Positions 1 to 10,143 of a DNA stretch of 64,000 bases are shown here, piece by piece. The notes beneath the pieces were generated by a model, which did not search any database, had not been told where the DNA came from, and saw only the letters and a list, made by a program, of their open reading frames with translations. Both the position numbers and the translations under genes were made by a program. This stretch comes from an uncultured candidatus Brocadiaceae bacterium (GTDB taxonomy: Bacteria > Planctomycetota > Brocadiia > SM23-32), in assembly GCA_964521715.1 (NCBI GenBank), contig CAZFSS010000013.1:7327-71326 (forward strand), read 5' to 3'. Position 1 is the stretch's first letter, and the number at the start of each line of letters is the position of its first letter.

Positions 1-1
1 C

Positions 2-382
2 AGCATAGTCGCCACGTTAAGGGGTCGCCCGAAGGCCCACATCTTCCATCATTCCGTCCCGGCGGAGACGGTGCACCGCGTGGCCAGCATCGTCCTGCTG
101 TCGGTGGCTGCGCTGGCCGGCGCCGTGTTCCTGCTGCTCATCACGGAGCAGGGCGCCGCGTTCGACAGGATAGTGTTCGACGCCATCAGCGCCTTCGGCA
201 CGGTGGGCCTGAGCCGCGGCCTGACCGGCCCCGACTGCCGGATGACGGCCTGGGGCAAGCTGATCATCACGGCGCTTATGTTCATCGGCAGGCTCGGTCC
301 GGTGACGCTCGTCCTGAGCATCGCCCCTCTGAAAGAGCGCGCCGTTTACGACTATCCTGAGGAGCAGATCCTGGTCGGCTGA
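2..382 (+). CDS. Trk/Ktr-type cation (K+) transporter membrane subunit, C-terminal part; the gene continues upstream of the window
   Basis: The frame is open from nt 2 with no stop. The motif 'DAISAFGTVGLSRGLT' is the last selectivity-filter P-loop of the TrkH/KtrB family, and the flanking residues are hydrophobic transmembrane sequence. Confidence 0.55.
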   Translation, partial: SIVATLRGRPKAHIFHHSVPAETVHRVASIVLLSVAALAGAVFLLLITEQGAAFDRIVFDAISAFGTVGLSRGLTGPDCRMTAWGKLIITALMFIGRLGPVTLVLSIAPLKERAVYDYPEEQILVG

Positions 383-403
383 GGGCGGCGCGAGTGCTCC
401 GAC

Positions 404-431
404 TTGAAAAGGTGGCGTCGTGAGGTAAAAT
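404..431 (+). promoter_or_regulatory. Candidate sigma70-type promoter for dnaJ (TTGAAA-N16-TAAAAT)
   Basis: TTGAAA at 404-409, a 16-nt spacer, and TAAAAT at 426-431, about 70 nt upstream of the dnaJ ATG. No CIRCE inverted repeat is present. Confidence 0.35.
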
Positions 432-501
432 GGAAAGAGGCGATGCGCGTGATCGTTGCGTTGGGCTAAGTTATTAGCCAGCATACTCTTGCGGTTGTCC
501 G

Positions 502-1620
502 ATGGCTGCCAAGGACTACTACAAAATCCTGGGTGTTGCGCCGGAAGCCAGCCACGAGCAGGTCCGTAAAGCCTACCGGCGCCTGGCCAAGAAGCACCAC
601 CCCGACCGGCAGGGAGGCAGCAAGGCCGCCGAGGAGAAGTTCAAGGAGATTGCCGACGCCTACAGCGTGCTGGGCGACCCCGAGAAACGCAAGCATTACG
701 ACCGCCTTCGCCAGGCGGGGATGAGCGGGGGCCGTTTCGATGGTTACCCCGGCTTCGAGGACCTGTTCGGCGAGGGCGCTCGGGGCAAGTGGCAGCGAGG
801 GGAAGGCGTCTCCTTCGGCGACCTTGGCAGTCTGCGTGACCTGTTCAGCAGCATGTTCGGCGGCGGCCGGGGCGCGGGCGAACGCGCCGCCAGGCAACGC
901 GGCCGGGATGTCATCAGTTCGATCACCATTCCGTTTGGGACGGCCGTTCGTGGCGGCAAAGTGGAGGTGAAGATCCCTCGGGAGAGGGCGTGCCCCAACT
1001 GCTCCGGCACGGGCGCCGCGCCGGGCACGCGCGTGGACACGTGTCCCCAGTGCAACGGAACGGGACAGGTGCTCAGCGGGCAAGGGGCCTTCAGCGTGGC
1101 GCAGCCATGCCCTGCCTGTTTCGGGCGGGGCAGGATAATCCAGACCCCGTGCGGCAAGTGCCAGGGGACCGGGACGACCGAGGAGCCGTCCGTCATCGAG
1201 GTGAAGATCCCCGCCGGCATAGAGGACGGCAAGAAGATGCGTCTGACCGGCCTGGGCCAGCCCGGCGTCGGCGGTGGAGGCGCCGGCGACCTCCTGCTGG
1301 AAGTGCACGTGCAGCCGCACCCTAAGTTCGATCGGAAGGGCCGCGAGATCTACAGCAAAACGCGCATCGACATGGTGGACGCGGCCCTCGGCACGAAGGT
1401 GGACGTGGACACGTTGCACGGGATCGTGACGGTCACCGTGCCTCCGGGCACGCAGCCCGGACAGAAGCTGCGCATCCCGGGCTACGGCCTCGAGACGTCA
1501 GACGGCAGGAAGGGCGACCACTACGTCGAGGTCCAGGTCAGAATTCCGCGCGACCTCACTGAGGAGCAGAAGAAGCTGCTGGAGCAGCTTCGGCGCGCCC
1601 CCGCCGCAGCCAAGCAATAG
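502..1620 (+). CDS. dnaJ: Molecular chaperone DnaJ
   Basis: N-terminal J-domain (YYKILGV...HPD), a Gly/Phe-rich region, four CxxCxGxG zinc-finger repeats (CPNCSGTG, CPQCNGTG, CPACFGRG, CGKCQGTG) and the C-terminal client-binding domain. Confidence 0.93.
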   Translation: MAAKDYYKILGVAPEASHEQVRKAYRRLAKKHHPDRQGGSKAAEEKFKEIADAYSVLGDPEKRKHYDRLRQAGMSGGRFDGYPGFEDLFGEGARGKWQRGEGVSFGDLGSLRDLFSSMFGGGRGAGERAARQRGRDVISSITIPFGTAVRGGKVEVKIPRERACPNCSGTGAAPGTRVDTCPQCNGTGQVLSGQGAFSVAQPCPACFGRGRIIQTPCGKCQGTGTTEEPSVIEVKIPAGIEDGKKMRLTGLGQPGVGGGGAGDLLLEVHVQPHPKFDRKGREIYSKTRIDMVDAALGTKVDVDTLHGIVTVTVPPGTQPGQKLRIPGYGLETSDGRKGDHYVEVQVRIPRDLTEEQKKLLEQLRRAPAAAKQ

Positions 1621-1690
1621 GGTGCGGCGCATGCGGGCTCCAAGGGGCGATTTGTGTCCCGCTTCCCTTGGCCTACAACGGGAGCTACAG

Positions 1691-2140
1691 ATGCAGGCTG
1701 ACCGAACTCGGGTGCATGCGAGGCCCCTGGACGACAGCAGCGTTTTCAACCAGTTCCTCCAGGACTTCTACACGCTGCGGCAGTCCATAAGGTCCCGCCA
1801 TCGCGATGTCTGGTACCCGCCCACGGACGTCTACGAAACCGACGATGAGATCGTCATCAAGGTGTCCATCCCGGGCGTGAAGCAGCCGAACGTCGCCGTC
1901 GAGGTGAGCGGAGAACTGGTGACCATATACGGCATGCGCAAGGGACCGGACCGCGGCAGCATCCGCACGTATCATCAAGTGGAGATACGCAACGGCTACT
2001 TTGAGCGCGCCATAATACTGCACAAGCCGTTTGATCCGAGCCTTGCGAGGGCGGAGCTTCACGACGGGTTCCTCCACATCTACATCCCGAAGGCGCCGGT
2101 GCTGGTGCGCCATACGCTCAGGATAAAGCTCAACGTCTGA
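1691..2140 (+). CDS. Hsp20/alpha-crystallin family small heat-shock protein
   Basis: Alpha-crystallin domain (DVYETDDEIVIKVSIPGV...GELVTIYG...GYFERAIILHKPFD). A GGGAG ribosome-binding site lies 8 nt before the ATG at 1691. The 1622 start given by the ORF track is probably an over-extension. Confidence 0.8.
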   Translation: MQADRTRVHARPLDDSSVFNQFLQDFYTLRQSIRSRHRDVWYPPTDVYETDDEIVIKVSIPGVKQPNVAVEVSGELVTIYGMRKGPDRGSIRTYHQVEIRNGYFERAIILHKPFDPSLARAELHDGFLHIYIPKAPVLVRHTLRIKLNV

Positions 2141-2186
2141 CCGGACACAGCCCAGGCCGAGTTCAGAGCCGAGCCGAGGACGACCG

Positions 2187-4655
2187 ATGACGCCGGACAA
2201 GCCGCAAGAGCCAGAACACGCAGACGAGCAGCGAACGGCAGGCGACGAGACGCCGGTGGGGCAGGACGACGAAACGCTCCTGGAAGGAGCGGAGCGCCCC
2301 GAGGCGCCGCGCGCGGAGGCAACCGAGCAGGTCGAGCTGCCGACGACGCTGCCGGTCCTGCCTCTTCGCAACGCCGTGGCCTTCCCTGCGATGCCCCTGC
2401 CGCTCCAGATCCGCGGTGAGAAGCGCTTGAAGCTCATCGAGCAGATCATGCTCGGCGACAGGTTCTTCATCGCGATTGCCGCGCAGGAGAAGGTTGACGA
2501 GGAGCAGGAGATCCAGGCGGAGGACCTCTACCGCTTCGGCACGGCCTGCGTGGTGCTCCACATGCTGCGAATGCCTGACGGTTCAATGCGCGTGCTGGCG
2601 CAGGGGATTTCACGCGCGCACGTTGATGGCTACCTGAAGCCCGAACTCCATCTCGAGGCGCAGGTGACGTACCTCGCCGACGAGCAGGTCGAGGACGTGG
2701 AAGTCACCGCGCTGTTCAGGAACCTGCGCAACCAGTTCTCCCGGCTTGCCGACATGATTCCGAACGTGGGCGAGGCCGTGAAAGTCGCCGTTGCCAACGT
2801 CGAAGAGCCCGGCCCGCTCTGCGACCTGATCGCCTTCAACCTGAACATCAAGGTGGATGAGAAGCAAGAGATCCTCGAGGCCCTGAACGTCAAGGAGCGG
2901 CTCCACACGATCACCAGACTGCTCGCGCGGGAGACGGAGTTTCTCGAGGTCGCCCAGCGCATCCAGTCCGAGGCGCGCAGCGAGATAGACAAGAGCCAGC
3001 GCGAGTACTATCTGCGCCAGCAGCTCAAGGCCATCCAGGACGAGCTCGGTGAGACCGACACGCAGGTGGCCGAAGCCCAGGAGCTGCGCAAGCAGATCGA
3101 GGAAAAGGACCTGCCCGAGGAGGTGCTCAAGGAAGCGGAGCGCGAGCTGGGGCGGCTGGAGCGCATCAATCCGGCCAGTCCCGAGTACAGCGTCGCCAGG
3201 ACCTACCTGGACTGGATCATCGCGCTGCCGTGGCACGAGAGCACCGCCGACAACCTGGACCTGGAAGAGGCGGCGCGCATTCTGGAGCAAGACCACTACG
3301 GCCTGGAGGACGTCAAGGAGCGCGTGCTGGAGTTCCTGGCCGTGCGCAAGCTGCGCGGGGACATGAGCGGCTCGATTCTGTGCTTCGTCGGCCCGCCGGG
3401 CACGGGCAAGACGTCCATCGGCAAGTCGATCGCGCGGGCGCTGGGCCGCAAGTACATACGCGTCTCGCTCGGCGGCACGCGGGACGAGGCCGAGATACGC
3501 GGGCATCGGCGCACCTACATCGGCTCCCTGCCGGGCCGCGTCATCAGCGCCATCCGCAAGGCCGGCTCGAACAACCCCGTGTTCATGCTGGACGAGGTGG
3601 ACAAGCTTGGGGCCGACTTCCGCGGCGATCCCGCGAGCGCCCTGCTCGAGGTGCTGGACCCCGAGCAGAACTCCACCTTCACGGACCATTACCTGGAGGT
3701 GCCGTTCGACCTCTCGAAGGTGCTCTTCATCTGCACGGCCAACTTCCTCGACCCCGTTCCGCCCGCCCTGAAGGATAGGATGGAGGTCCTGGAGTTCCCC
3801 GGCTACACGGAGGAGGAGAAGCTCCAGATCGCCAGGCGGTACCTGGTGCCGCAGCAGCTCGAGGCGAACGGTCTGACGGAGGACCAGTTGTCCATCACGG
3901 ACGAGGCCCTGATGAAGCTCATCAAGGACTACACGCGCGAGGCGGGCGTGCGGAACCTTGAGCGCGAGATCGCCTCCCTTTGCCGCAAGGTCGCCAAGGC
4001 CATCGCGACGGAGGAGAAGGCGCGCACCACGATCGACGAGGAAGCCGTGGGGTCGCTGCTCGGCCCGGAGAAGTTCGTGCGCGAGATGGCCGAGCGCGTC
4101 GACGAGCCGGGCGTGGCAGCGGGGCTCGCCTGGACCCCGGCAGGGGGCGAGATCATCTTCGTCGAGACGACCATGACGCCCGGCGACGGCAAGCTTACGC
4201 TGACCGGCATGCTGGGCGACGTCATGAAGGAGAGCGCCCAGGCTGCCCTCACCTACGTCCGCGCACATGCTCAGAAGCTCGGTATTGACCCTGAGGTTTT
4301 CAGGACCGGCAGCTTCCACATTCACGTGCCGGCCGGAGCGATCCCGAAGGACGGACCCTCGGCGGGCGTCACGATGGCGGTCGCGCTCGCATCGCTGTGC
4401 AGCGGCCGCAAGGTCAGGCACAACGTGGCCATGACGGGCGAGGTCACACTGCGGGGGAAAGTGCTCCCGGTAGGCGGGATCAAGGAGAAGGTGCTCGCGG
4501 CCCAGCGTGCCGGCATCGACACCGTCGTCATCCCACGCCACAACGAGAAGGACCTGGTCAACGTGCCCCAGTACGCCAAGGAAAAGCTCCGGTTCGTGCC
4601 CGTCGATACGGTCGAGGACATCTTCCGCGTTGTTCTGGAGGCCGCGCACGAGTAG
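2187..4655 (+). CDS. lon: ATP-dependent Lon protease
   Basis: Lon N-terminal substrate domain, Walker [10 protein letters not shown], and the catalytic serine motif [15 protein letters not shown] with the lysine further downstream. Length is 822 aa. Confidence 0.95.
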   Translation: MTPDKPQEPEHADEQRTAGDETPVGQDDETLLEGAERPEAPRAEATEQVELPTTLPVLPLRNAVAFPAMPLPLQIRGEKRLKLIEQIMLGDRFFIAIAAQEKVDEEQEIQAEDLYRFGTACVVLHMLRMPDGSMRVLAQGISRAHVDGYLKPELHLEAQVTYLADEQVEDVEVTALFRNLRNQFSRLADMIPNVGEAVKVAVANVEEPGPLCDLIAFNLNIKVDEKQEILEALNVKERLHTITRLLARETEFLEVAQRIQSEARSEIDKSQREYYLRQQLKAIQDELGETDTQVAEAQELRKQIEEKDLPEEVLKEAERELGRLERINPASPEYSVARTYLDWIIALPWHESTADNLDLEEAARILEQDHYGLEDVKERVLEFLAVRKLRGDMSGSILCFVGPPGTGKTSIGKSIARALGRKYIRVSLGGTRDEAEIRGHRRTYIGSLPGRVISAIRKAGSNNPVFMLDEVDKLGADFRGDPASALLEVLDPEQNSTFTDHYLEVPFDLSKVLFICTANFLDPVPPALKDRMEVLEFPGYTEEEKLQIARRYLVPQQLEANGLTEDQLSITDEALMKLIKDYTREAGVRNLEREIASLCRKVAKAIATEEKARTTIDEEAVGSLLGPEKFVREMAERVDEPGVAAGLAWTPAGGEIIFVETTMTPGDGKLTLTGMLGDVMKESAQAALTYVRAHAQKLGIDPEVFRTGSFHIHVPAGAIPKDGPSAGVTMAVALASLCSGRKVRHNVAMTGEVTLRGKVLPVGGIKEKVLAAQRAGIDTVVIPRHNEKDLVNVPQYAKEKLRFVPVDTVEDIFRVVLEAAHE

Positions 4656-4661
4656 CACGGC

Positions 4662-4690
4662 TTGACAAGAGCGGGGGGCTGGAATAGATT
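4662..4690 (+). promoter_or_regulatory. Candidate sigma70 promoter for tRNA-Arg (TTGACA-N17-TAGATT)
   Basis: A consensus -35 TTGACA at 4662-4667, a 17-nt spacer, and TAGATT at 4685-4690, ending 11 nt before the mature tRNA 5' end. Confidence 0.45.
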
Positions 4691-4701
4691 GGTGAGTTGG
4701 T

Positions 4702-4778
4702 GCGCCCGTAGCTCAACTGGATAGAGCGGCGGCCTACGGAGCCGTAGGTTGGGGGTTCGAGCCCTCCCGGGCGTACCA
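4702..4778 (+). tRNA. tRNA-Arg (anticodon ACG)
   Basis: Manual cloverleaf: acceptor stem GCGCCCG/CGGGCGT with a G1-U72 wobble, D-arm GCTC/GAGC, anticodon stem GCGGC/GCCGT, loop CTACGGA giving anticodon ACG, T-arm GGGGG-TTCGAGC-CCTCC, discriminator A, and an encoded CCA. Confidence 0.85.
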
Positions 4779-5588
4779 CCCTTCTTCGCCGTTACGCCTT
4801 GCCTCTGCCCCGGCGGCCTCGTCGGAGACCCATCCGTTGCACAGCTTCTGCACGGCCATGCACTTCCGGAACAGCACGGGATCGGACTCCCTGAGGAAGT
4901 CCACGTCTCCCCCGTGCCTTGCCAGGTAGCAGTGGGTCTCCGCGAAGTCCTCGAAGTGGTCAAGCCACCCGTAAAGGCTCGGCATGCCCCGGACTCTGAG
5001 GTACCCTATGGGGGGAATGGACGAGACCGCTGCCGCGTACGCCAGCGCCCCCACGTAAGGAGGAAGATGAGGCGGCCCGCCCGCGTCCTCGAACTCCTTC
5101 AGGAAGGCAAGCCAAACGTCCCGCCTTCTGGTGGCGACGTTGAACTCGAAACTGTGGCTCGCCTCGTGCAGGAACAGCTCCCCGTCCCTCGGGGCGAAAA
5201 GCAGCACTTTCTCTGCCAGCGACCTGTTCTTGATGTGGATCGGAAAGCCCTCTTCATCCTCTCTTGAGTTCACGTAACCCCTGACGAGGAAGGGGAGGGG
5301 GTAGGTCGCCAGATTATCGAGGAAACTCTCCTCGATGATCACCGGGCCGATATTCCGCTTGAAGAATGAGGGAGTCCTGGCCAGGTCCCGATCGATCCTG
5401 TCGAGAAGCCCCGGGAGATTGCCGGACAGGTAGCACCGGCTCAGGGGGTCATCCGCCCTCACGGTCACGCCGTGCCTGGCACGAATGCCCTCGACCTTGG
5501 TCCTGACCGTGCTGACGCTCGTACATCCTGCGTTGAGCACAGCTGCAACAAACACAATGACCGCGCAAGGCGGCACGCGCCTTTCCAC
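4734..5588 (-). CDS. Secreted or lipoprotein-like putative zinc metallopeptidase (HExxH)
   Basis: N-terminal signal peptide with Cys (MERRVPPCAVIVFVAAVLNAGC), an HEASH motif (HExxH) with a downstream Glu. The last 45 nt overlap tRNA-Arg on the opposite strand. Confidence 0.5.
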   Translation of the reverse strand: MERRVPPCAVIVFVAAVLNAGCTSVSTVRTKVEGIRARHGVTVRADDPLSRCYLSGNLPGLLDRIDRDLARTPSFFKRNIGPVIIEESFLDNLATYPLPFLVRGYVNSREDEEGFPIHIKNRSLAEKVLLFAPRDGELFLHEASHSFEFNVATRRRDVWLAFLKEFEDAGGPPHLPPYVGALAYAAAVSSIPPIGYLRVRGMPSLYGWLDHFEDFAETHCYLARHGGDVDFLRESDPVLFRKCMAVQKLCNGWVSDEAAGAEARRNGEEGWYAREGSNPQPTAP

Positions 5589-5806
5589 GTTTCCCCCTCC
5601 ATGTCACGCGCTTGCTGCAACTGCGAGCTGCGGCTCACAGCGCCCAAGCGCGCTTACGCACCATCGCCCGCTTCCCCCAGCCGGTTAGCCCTTGCCGCGA
5701 GCCGGCCAGTCCGGGGCGAGTAGGCCTGACTGATTCACTTCCCATAGTATGGCGGACAAAGGACCCCGGATCAAGGGCCGCCGCACCAACATGGGCGCCG
5801 GCGCCC

Positions 5807-6586
5807 CTACCAGATCATCCTGACGGGCACGCCCGCGGCGTGGAGGAACTGTTTGATCTGCCCGATGCTGTACTTGCCAAAGTGGACCATCGAAGCGATG
5901 AGGGCGGCGTCCGCCTTGCCCTCAGTGAGCACTTCGCGAAGGTGCTCGGGCTTTCCCGCGCCACCGCTTGCGATGACGGGTATCCGGACGGACTGGCTCA
6001 CCATGCGGGTCGCTTGCAGGTCGTAGCCGGCTTCGGTGCCGTCGGCGTCGATGGAGTTGAGGCAGATCTCGCCTGCGCCCAGCTGCTCGGCCCACTGGGC
6101 CCAACGAACGGCGTCTTTCCCCGTGGCAACGCGCGCGCCCTCGACGTAGACCTCGTACCCGCTGGGTATCTCGGCGCTCCGTTCGACGCGCTTGGCCTGC
6201 ACTCCGAGGACAATGCATTGACTGCCGAACCGGCGTGCGCCGTCCGCAATCAGGTCGGGATTGCGCACGGCCGCCGTGTCTATGCTCACCTTGTCTGCGC
6301 CCGCCAGCAGCACACGCCGCATGTCGTCCACGGTTCTGAGCCCGCCGCCGACAGCGAAGGGGATGAAGACCCGCTCGGCGACGCCCCGCACCACGTCGAT
6401 CATGATGTCCTTCTTGGCCGGCGAGGCGCCGATGTCGTAGAAGACCAGTTCGTCGACGCCGCTCTCGCTGTAATGCTGGGCCATCTGGACGGGATCGCCC
6501 ACGTCCACGTTGTCCTGGAACCTGATGCCCTTGGTCGTCTTGCCCTCGCGCACGTCCAGGCAGATGATGAGCCGTTTCTTCAGCAT
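5807..6586 (-). CDS. hisF: Imidazole glycerol phosphate synthase, cyclase subunit HisF
   Basis: Full-length (beta/alpha)8 HisF signature (RLIICLDV...GADKVSI...VIASGGAG...). Confidence 0.93.
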   Translation of the reverse strand: MLKKRLIICLDVREGKTTKGIRFQDNVDVGDPVQMAQHYSESGVDELVFYDIGASPAKKDIMIDVVRGVAERVFIPFAVGGGLRTVDDMRRVLLAGADKVSIDTAAVRNPDLIADGARRFGSQCIVLGVQAKRVERSAEIPSGYEVYVEGARVATGKDAVRWAQWAEQLGAGEICLNSIDADGTEAGYDLQATRMVSQSVRIPVIASGGAGKPEHLREVLTEGKADAALIASMVHFGKYSIGQIKQFLHAAGVPVRMIW

Positions 6587-6587
6587 C

Positions 6588-7205
6588 TCAGGGGTTCCAG
6601 GAGAGGAAGTTCTCCAGCACGTTCAGACCGATCCTGCCGCTGCGCTCCGGGTGGAACTGGCAGGCCACGAGGTTATCCCGCGCCAGGGCGCTTGTGAACG
6701 ATCCGTAGTAGTCGGTTGAGCCGATGGTCAGTCTCTCGTCCAAGGGGGCGGGCGCATAGCTGTGGACGAAGTAGAAGGCCGATCCGGTCGGCACGCCTTC
6801 CCATATCGGGTGCTCACGCACGAACTCCACCTCGTTCCATCCCATGTGCGGCACCTTTGCGTCCTGCGGCACGTCGAGCATCCTGACGCGCCCTGGAATC
6901 AGCCCGAGGCAGTCGGCGTCTCCTTCCTCGCTGTGCTCCAGGATGATCTGCGCGCCGAGGCAGATGCCCAGCAGGGGGCGGCCGGTCCCCGCGTATTCAG
7001 CGATGGCCTTGTCCAGGGACAGGCTTCGCAGGGTCTGCATCGCGGCATCGGCCGAGCCCACTCCCGGGAAGATAAGCCGCCCCGCAGCGCGCACCCGATC
7101 CGGGTCGCTGGTCACGTCTGCGCTGCGGCCGAGCCTCTCGACGGCCAGGCGCACGCTGGTCAGGTTCCCCGCGTGGTAGTCGATTATGGTCACTTCCTCG
7201 GCCAC
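6588..7205 (-). CDS. hisH: Imidazole glycerol phosphate synthase, glutamine amidotransferase subunit HisH
   Basis: Class-I glutamine amidotransferase triad (GICLGAQ...FHPE). I chose the GTG start at 7205 ([14 protein letters not shown]) with a GAGGAG site upstream. The longer ORF in the track is Arg-rich junk overlapping the tsaD region. The stop lies 1 nt before the hisF start. Confidence 0.85.
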   Translation of the reverse strand: MAEEVTIIDYHAGNLTSVRLAVERLGRSADVTSDPDRVRAAGRLIFPGVGSADAAMQTLRSLSLDKAIAEYAGTGRPLLGICLGAQIILEHSEEGDADCLGLIPGRVRMLDVPQDAKVPHMGWNEVEFVREHPIWEGVPTGSAFYFVHSYAPAPLDERLTIGSTDYYGSFTSALARDNLVACQFHPERSGRIGLNVLENFLSWNP

Positions 7206-7383
7206 GGAATGCTCCTCGGCGCGCCCTGATGAACCGCCCTCGTACAAAGTTACCAGAAACAGGAGCGGATCGGCAAGGAACGGGCTCCGGCAGCGGCCGG
7301 GAGAGAGGAGGGCACGCTTGTGACGTGCTCCACGCCGGCAGTAGAATGGCCGGGAAGCTGTCCCCATTCGCCCTGCGAACATC

Positions 7384-8397
7384 ATGCAAGTACTCGGCAT
7401 CGAGACATCCTGCGACGAGACGGCTGCCGCCGTGGTCGAGGACGGCCGCCGCATCGTGTCCAGCGTGGTGAGCACGCAGCACCGGCTGCACGAGCGGTTC
7501 GGCGGCGTCGTGCCTGAGATTGCCTGCCGGGCCCACATCGAGAACGTGCTGCCCGTCATCATTGAGGCGCTCGGGGAGGCGGGGTCGACTCTCGATGTGC
7601 TGGACGGCGTGGCCGTGACGACCACGCCCGGCCTCATCGGCGCGCTCCTCATCGGCGTGACGGCCGCCAAGGCGCTGAGCTGGGCTTTGGATCTGCCGCT
7701 GTTGGCGGTGGATCACCTGCAAGCCCACATCCTGGCAGCATGGCTCGGCAGGGAGCAGCCCGAACTGCCCGCCGTCAGCCTGGTGGTCAGCGGCGGACAC
7801 ACGAGCCTGTTCCTGACCGAGGGGCCCCTGGCGCACAGGCGCCTGGGCGGCACCGTCGACGACGCAGCGGGGGAGGCGTTCGACAAAGTGGCCAACATCC
7901 TGGGCCTCGGCTATCCGGGCGGCCCCGCCATCGAGGGGGCGGCGCGCCAGGGCGATCCCGCAGCCGTGGATTTCCCGCGGAGTTGGCTGGAGCCGGACAG
8001 CGCGGACTTCAGCTTCAGCGGACTGAAGACCGCCGTTCTGTACCACTGCCTCGGGCGAAACGCCTCCAAGGAGGCCATCTCGGCCGCGACGTACAGCCCG
8101 CGGTTCGTAGCGGACGTGGCCGCCAGTTTTCAGGAGGCCGTCGTTGACGTCCTGGTCGGGAAAGCGTGCGACGCGGCCGAGCGCCATCACGTCGGCAGCC
8201 TGATCGTGGGCGGGGGAGTTGCCGCAAACGGGCGCCTGCGACAGCGCCTCGAAGCGGAAGCCGACAAGCGGGGGCTGGCGCTTTACCTTGCGCCGTCCGA
8301 GCTCTGTACGGATAATGCGGCCATGGTAGCGGCGGCCGGCTGCCGGTTGCTCAAGGAGGGCCGCCGGGCGCCTCTCTCGGTCGAAGCGGAGCCGTAA
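7384..8397 (+). CDS. tsaD: tRNA N6-adenosine threonylcarbamoyltransferase TsaD (Kae1/Gcp family)
   Basis: MQVLGIETSCDETAAAV... and the ASKH-fold metal-binding motifs, HxxH and GGV(A)AN. Length is 337 aa. Confidence 0.92.
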   Translation: MQVLGIETSCDETAAAVVEDGRRIVSSVVSTQHRLHERFGGVVPEIACRAHIENVLPVIIEALGEAGSTLDVLDGVAVTTTPGLIGALLIGVTAAKALSWALDLPLLAVDHLQAHILAAWLGREQPELPAVSLVVSGGHTSLFLTEGPLAHRRLGGTVDDAAGEAFDKVANILGLGYPGGPAIEGAARQGDPAAVDFPRSWLEPDSADFSFSGLKTAVLYHCLGRNASKEAISAATYSPRFVADVAASFQEAVVDVLVGKACDAAERHHVGSLIVGGGVAANGRLRQRLEAEADKRGLALYLAPSELCTDNAAMVAAAGCRLLKEGRRAPLSVEAEP

Positions 8398-8412
8398 AGC
8401 AGGCGTGGACCC

Positions 8413-9177
8413 ATGCGAGAGAAGACCCTGAAGGACCTGCTCCAGCAGGTCGCCGCCGGCGGGCTGACGCCGGATGATGCGCTCGAAGCCATCCGCAGGC
8501 TGCCCTTCGAGGACATCGGCTTCGCCAAGATAGACCACCATCGGAGCCTGCGCTGCGGCGTGCCTGAAGTGGTGTTCTGTCTGGGCAAGTCACCGGAGCA
8601 GGTTGCGGCAATAGCCGAGCGGATCGTGGCCGCGGGCACGAATCTCCTGGCCACGCGGGCCGACGCGCGCCATTTCGAGGCGGTCAGGGCGGTTTGCCCG
8701 GACGCCGAGTATAAGCCGGGCGCCCGGGCCATAACCCTCAGACAGGAAGAAGTGGAGCTTCGGGGACGCGTCGTCGTCGTCACGGGAGGCACGGCCGACC
8801 TCCCCGTGGCCGAGGAGGCCGTCATCACGGCCGAGATGCTGGGCGCCCGAACGCAGTTGATCGCCGACGTGGGCGTGGCCGGCCTGCACCGGCTGCTCGC
8901 ATTCCGGGCGGAGCTGGACGCCGCGAACGTCGTGGTAGCCGTGGCGGGGATGGAGGGCGCACTCCCCAGCGTCGTGGGCGGGCTGGTGGCCAGGCCCGTC
9001 ATCGCCGTCCCGACCAGCATCGGCTACGGCGCCAGCTTCGGCGGCGTGACGGCGCTGCTGACCATGCTGAATAGCTGCGCCTCCGGCGTAGCCGTGGTCA
9101 ACATAGACAACGGGTTCGGCGCCGGCTACATGGCGGCCCTTATCAACGCCATGGCCGTCGGCGCCCGCACGCAGTAG
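8413..9177 (+). CDS. larB: Nickel-pincer cofactor biosynthesis protein LarB (PurE-like AIR carboxylase-related)
   Basis: N-terminal LarB-specific domain plus a PurE-like C-terminal half (VVVVTGGTADLPVAEEA...GMEGALPSVVGG). Confidence 0.75.
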   Translation: MREKTLKDLLQQVAAGGLTPDDALEAIRRLPFEDIGFAKIDHHRSLRCGVPEVVFCLGKSPEQVAAIAERIVAAGTNLLATRADARHFEAVRAVCPDAEYKPGARAITLRQEEVELRGRVVVVTGGTADLPVAEEAVITAEMLGARTQLIADVGVAGLHRLLAFRAELDAANVVVAVAGMEGALPSVVGGLVARPVIAVPTSIGYGASFGGVTALLTMLNSCASGVAVVNIDNGFGAGYMAALINAMAVGARTQ

Positions 9178-9197
9178 CGAACGCGCGGCGCGCAGGA

Positions 9198-10112
9198 ATG
9201 CTAGAGCAGATCCACCAACTGCCCGGTCTGCCGGATCGGGCCCGGGACGCGCACAAGGGCGACTTCGGGCGAGTCCTGATCGTTGCCGGTTCGCCGGGCA
9301 TGACGGGGGCCGGCTGCATGGCCGCCGTCGCCGCCCAGAGGGCCGGGGCCGGCCTTGTAACGCTGGCGCTGCCTGAGAGCCTGAACGTCATTGCGGAGAT
9401 CAAGCTGACAAGCGCCATGTCCAGGCCCCTCCCCGAGCCGGGCGCACCGGTGCTGGGGAGCGAAGCGGCCGAGGCCGTGCTGGCGGCCCAGGCTGAATTC
9501 GACGTGATGGCTCTGGGCCCGGGCATCGGCCGGGCGCCGCAGACGCAAGAGGCCGCGCGTCGGCTTATTGCCGAGCTAGCGCTGCCCCTGATCGTCGACG
9601 CCGACGGCCTGAACGCGCTGGCGGGGCATCCCCGGCTCCTGCGGACGGCCGGGGCATTGCGGCTGCTCACGCCACATCCCGGCGAGATGGCCAGGCTGCT
9701 CGGGCGCGGCAGCGCACGCGAAGTGCAGGCCGATCGCGTCGGGGTGGCAACGCGGTTCGCCCTGGACAACGACGTGATTCTGGCGCTGAAAGGCGCCGGC
9801 ACCGTGGTTACGGACGGTCAACGCTTCTACGTGAACTCCAGCGGCAACCCGGGCATGGCGACGGGCGGCACGGGCGACGTCCTGACGGGTCTGGCAGCCG
9901 GGCTGCTCTGCCAGGGACTGACGCCCTTCGAGGCCGTTCAGCTCGCCGTCTTCGTCCACGGGCTGGCTGGCGATCTGGCCGCCCGGGCCAAAGGCGAGCT
10001 GTCCATGACGGCCGAGGATCTGCTGGACTTCACGCCCGAGGCATTCCAGTTGGTGAAGGCCGCGGGGAAGGGCGCGGCCCCGGCCGATATCCTGGCACGG
10101 CTGGGCGGGTAA
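9198..10112 (+). CDS. nnrD: ADP-dependent NAD(P)H-hydrate dehydratase (YjeF C-terminal domain)
   Basis: HKGDFGRVLIVAGS...GAG, a central ribokinase-like fold, and a C-terminal GTGDVLTG motif. Confidence 0.85.
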   Translation: MLEQIHQLPGLPDRARDAHKGDFGRVLIVAGSPGMTGAGCMAAVAAQRAGAGLVTLALPESLNVIAEIKLTSAMSRPLPEPGAPVLGSEAAEAVLAAQAEFDVMALGPGIGRAPQTQEAARRLIAELALPLIVDADGLNALAGHPRLLRTAGALRLLTPHPGEMARLLGRGSAREVQADRVGVATRFALDNDVILALKGAGTVVTDGQRFYVNSSGNPGMATGGTGDVLTGLAAGLLCQGLTPFEAVQLAVFVHGLAGDLAARAKGELSMTAEDLLDFTPEAFQLVKAAGKGAAPADILARLGG

Positions 10113-10143
10113 GCCAGAAGGGGGCAAGGAGGGCCGCTGCTGG

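Noticed and set aside
380-500. CIRCE (HrcA) operator upstream of dnaJ
   Set aside because: Only a partial GAGTGCTCC half-site is present. No TTAGCACTC-N9-GAGTGCTAA inverted repeat.
466-1419. 317-aa ORF antisense to dnaJ, and other long antisense ORFs (5612-6697, 6997-8541, 27046-28221, 45877-46968, 47452-48690, 55025-56392, 56266-58215)
   Set aside because: All are on the strand opposite to genes with strong motif support. High GC suppresses stop codons in the antisense frames.
2610-4658. 682-aa ORF antisense to lon
   Set aside because: Arg/Leu/Gly-rich, low-complexity translation typical of the reverse frame of a GC-rich gene. The sense strand carries a full-length Lon with every catalytic motif.
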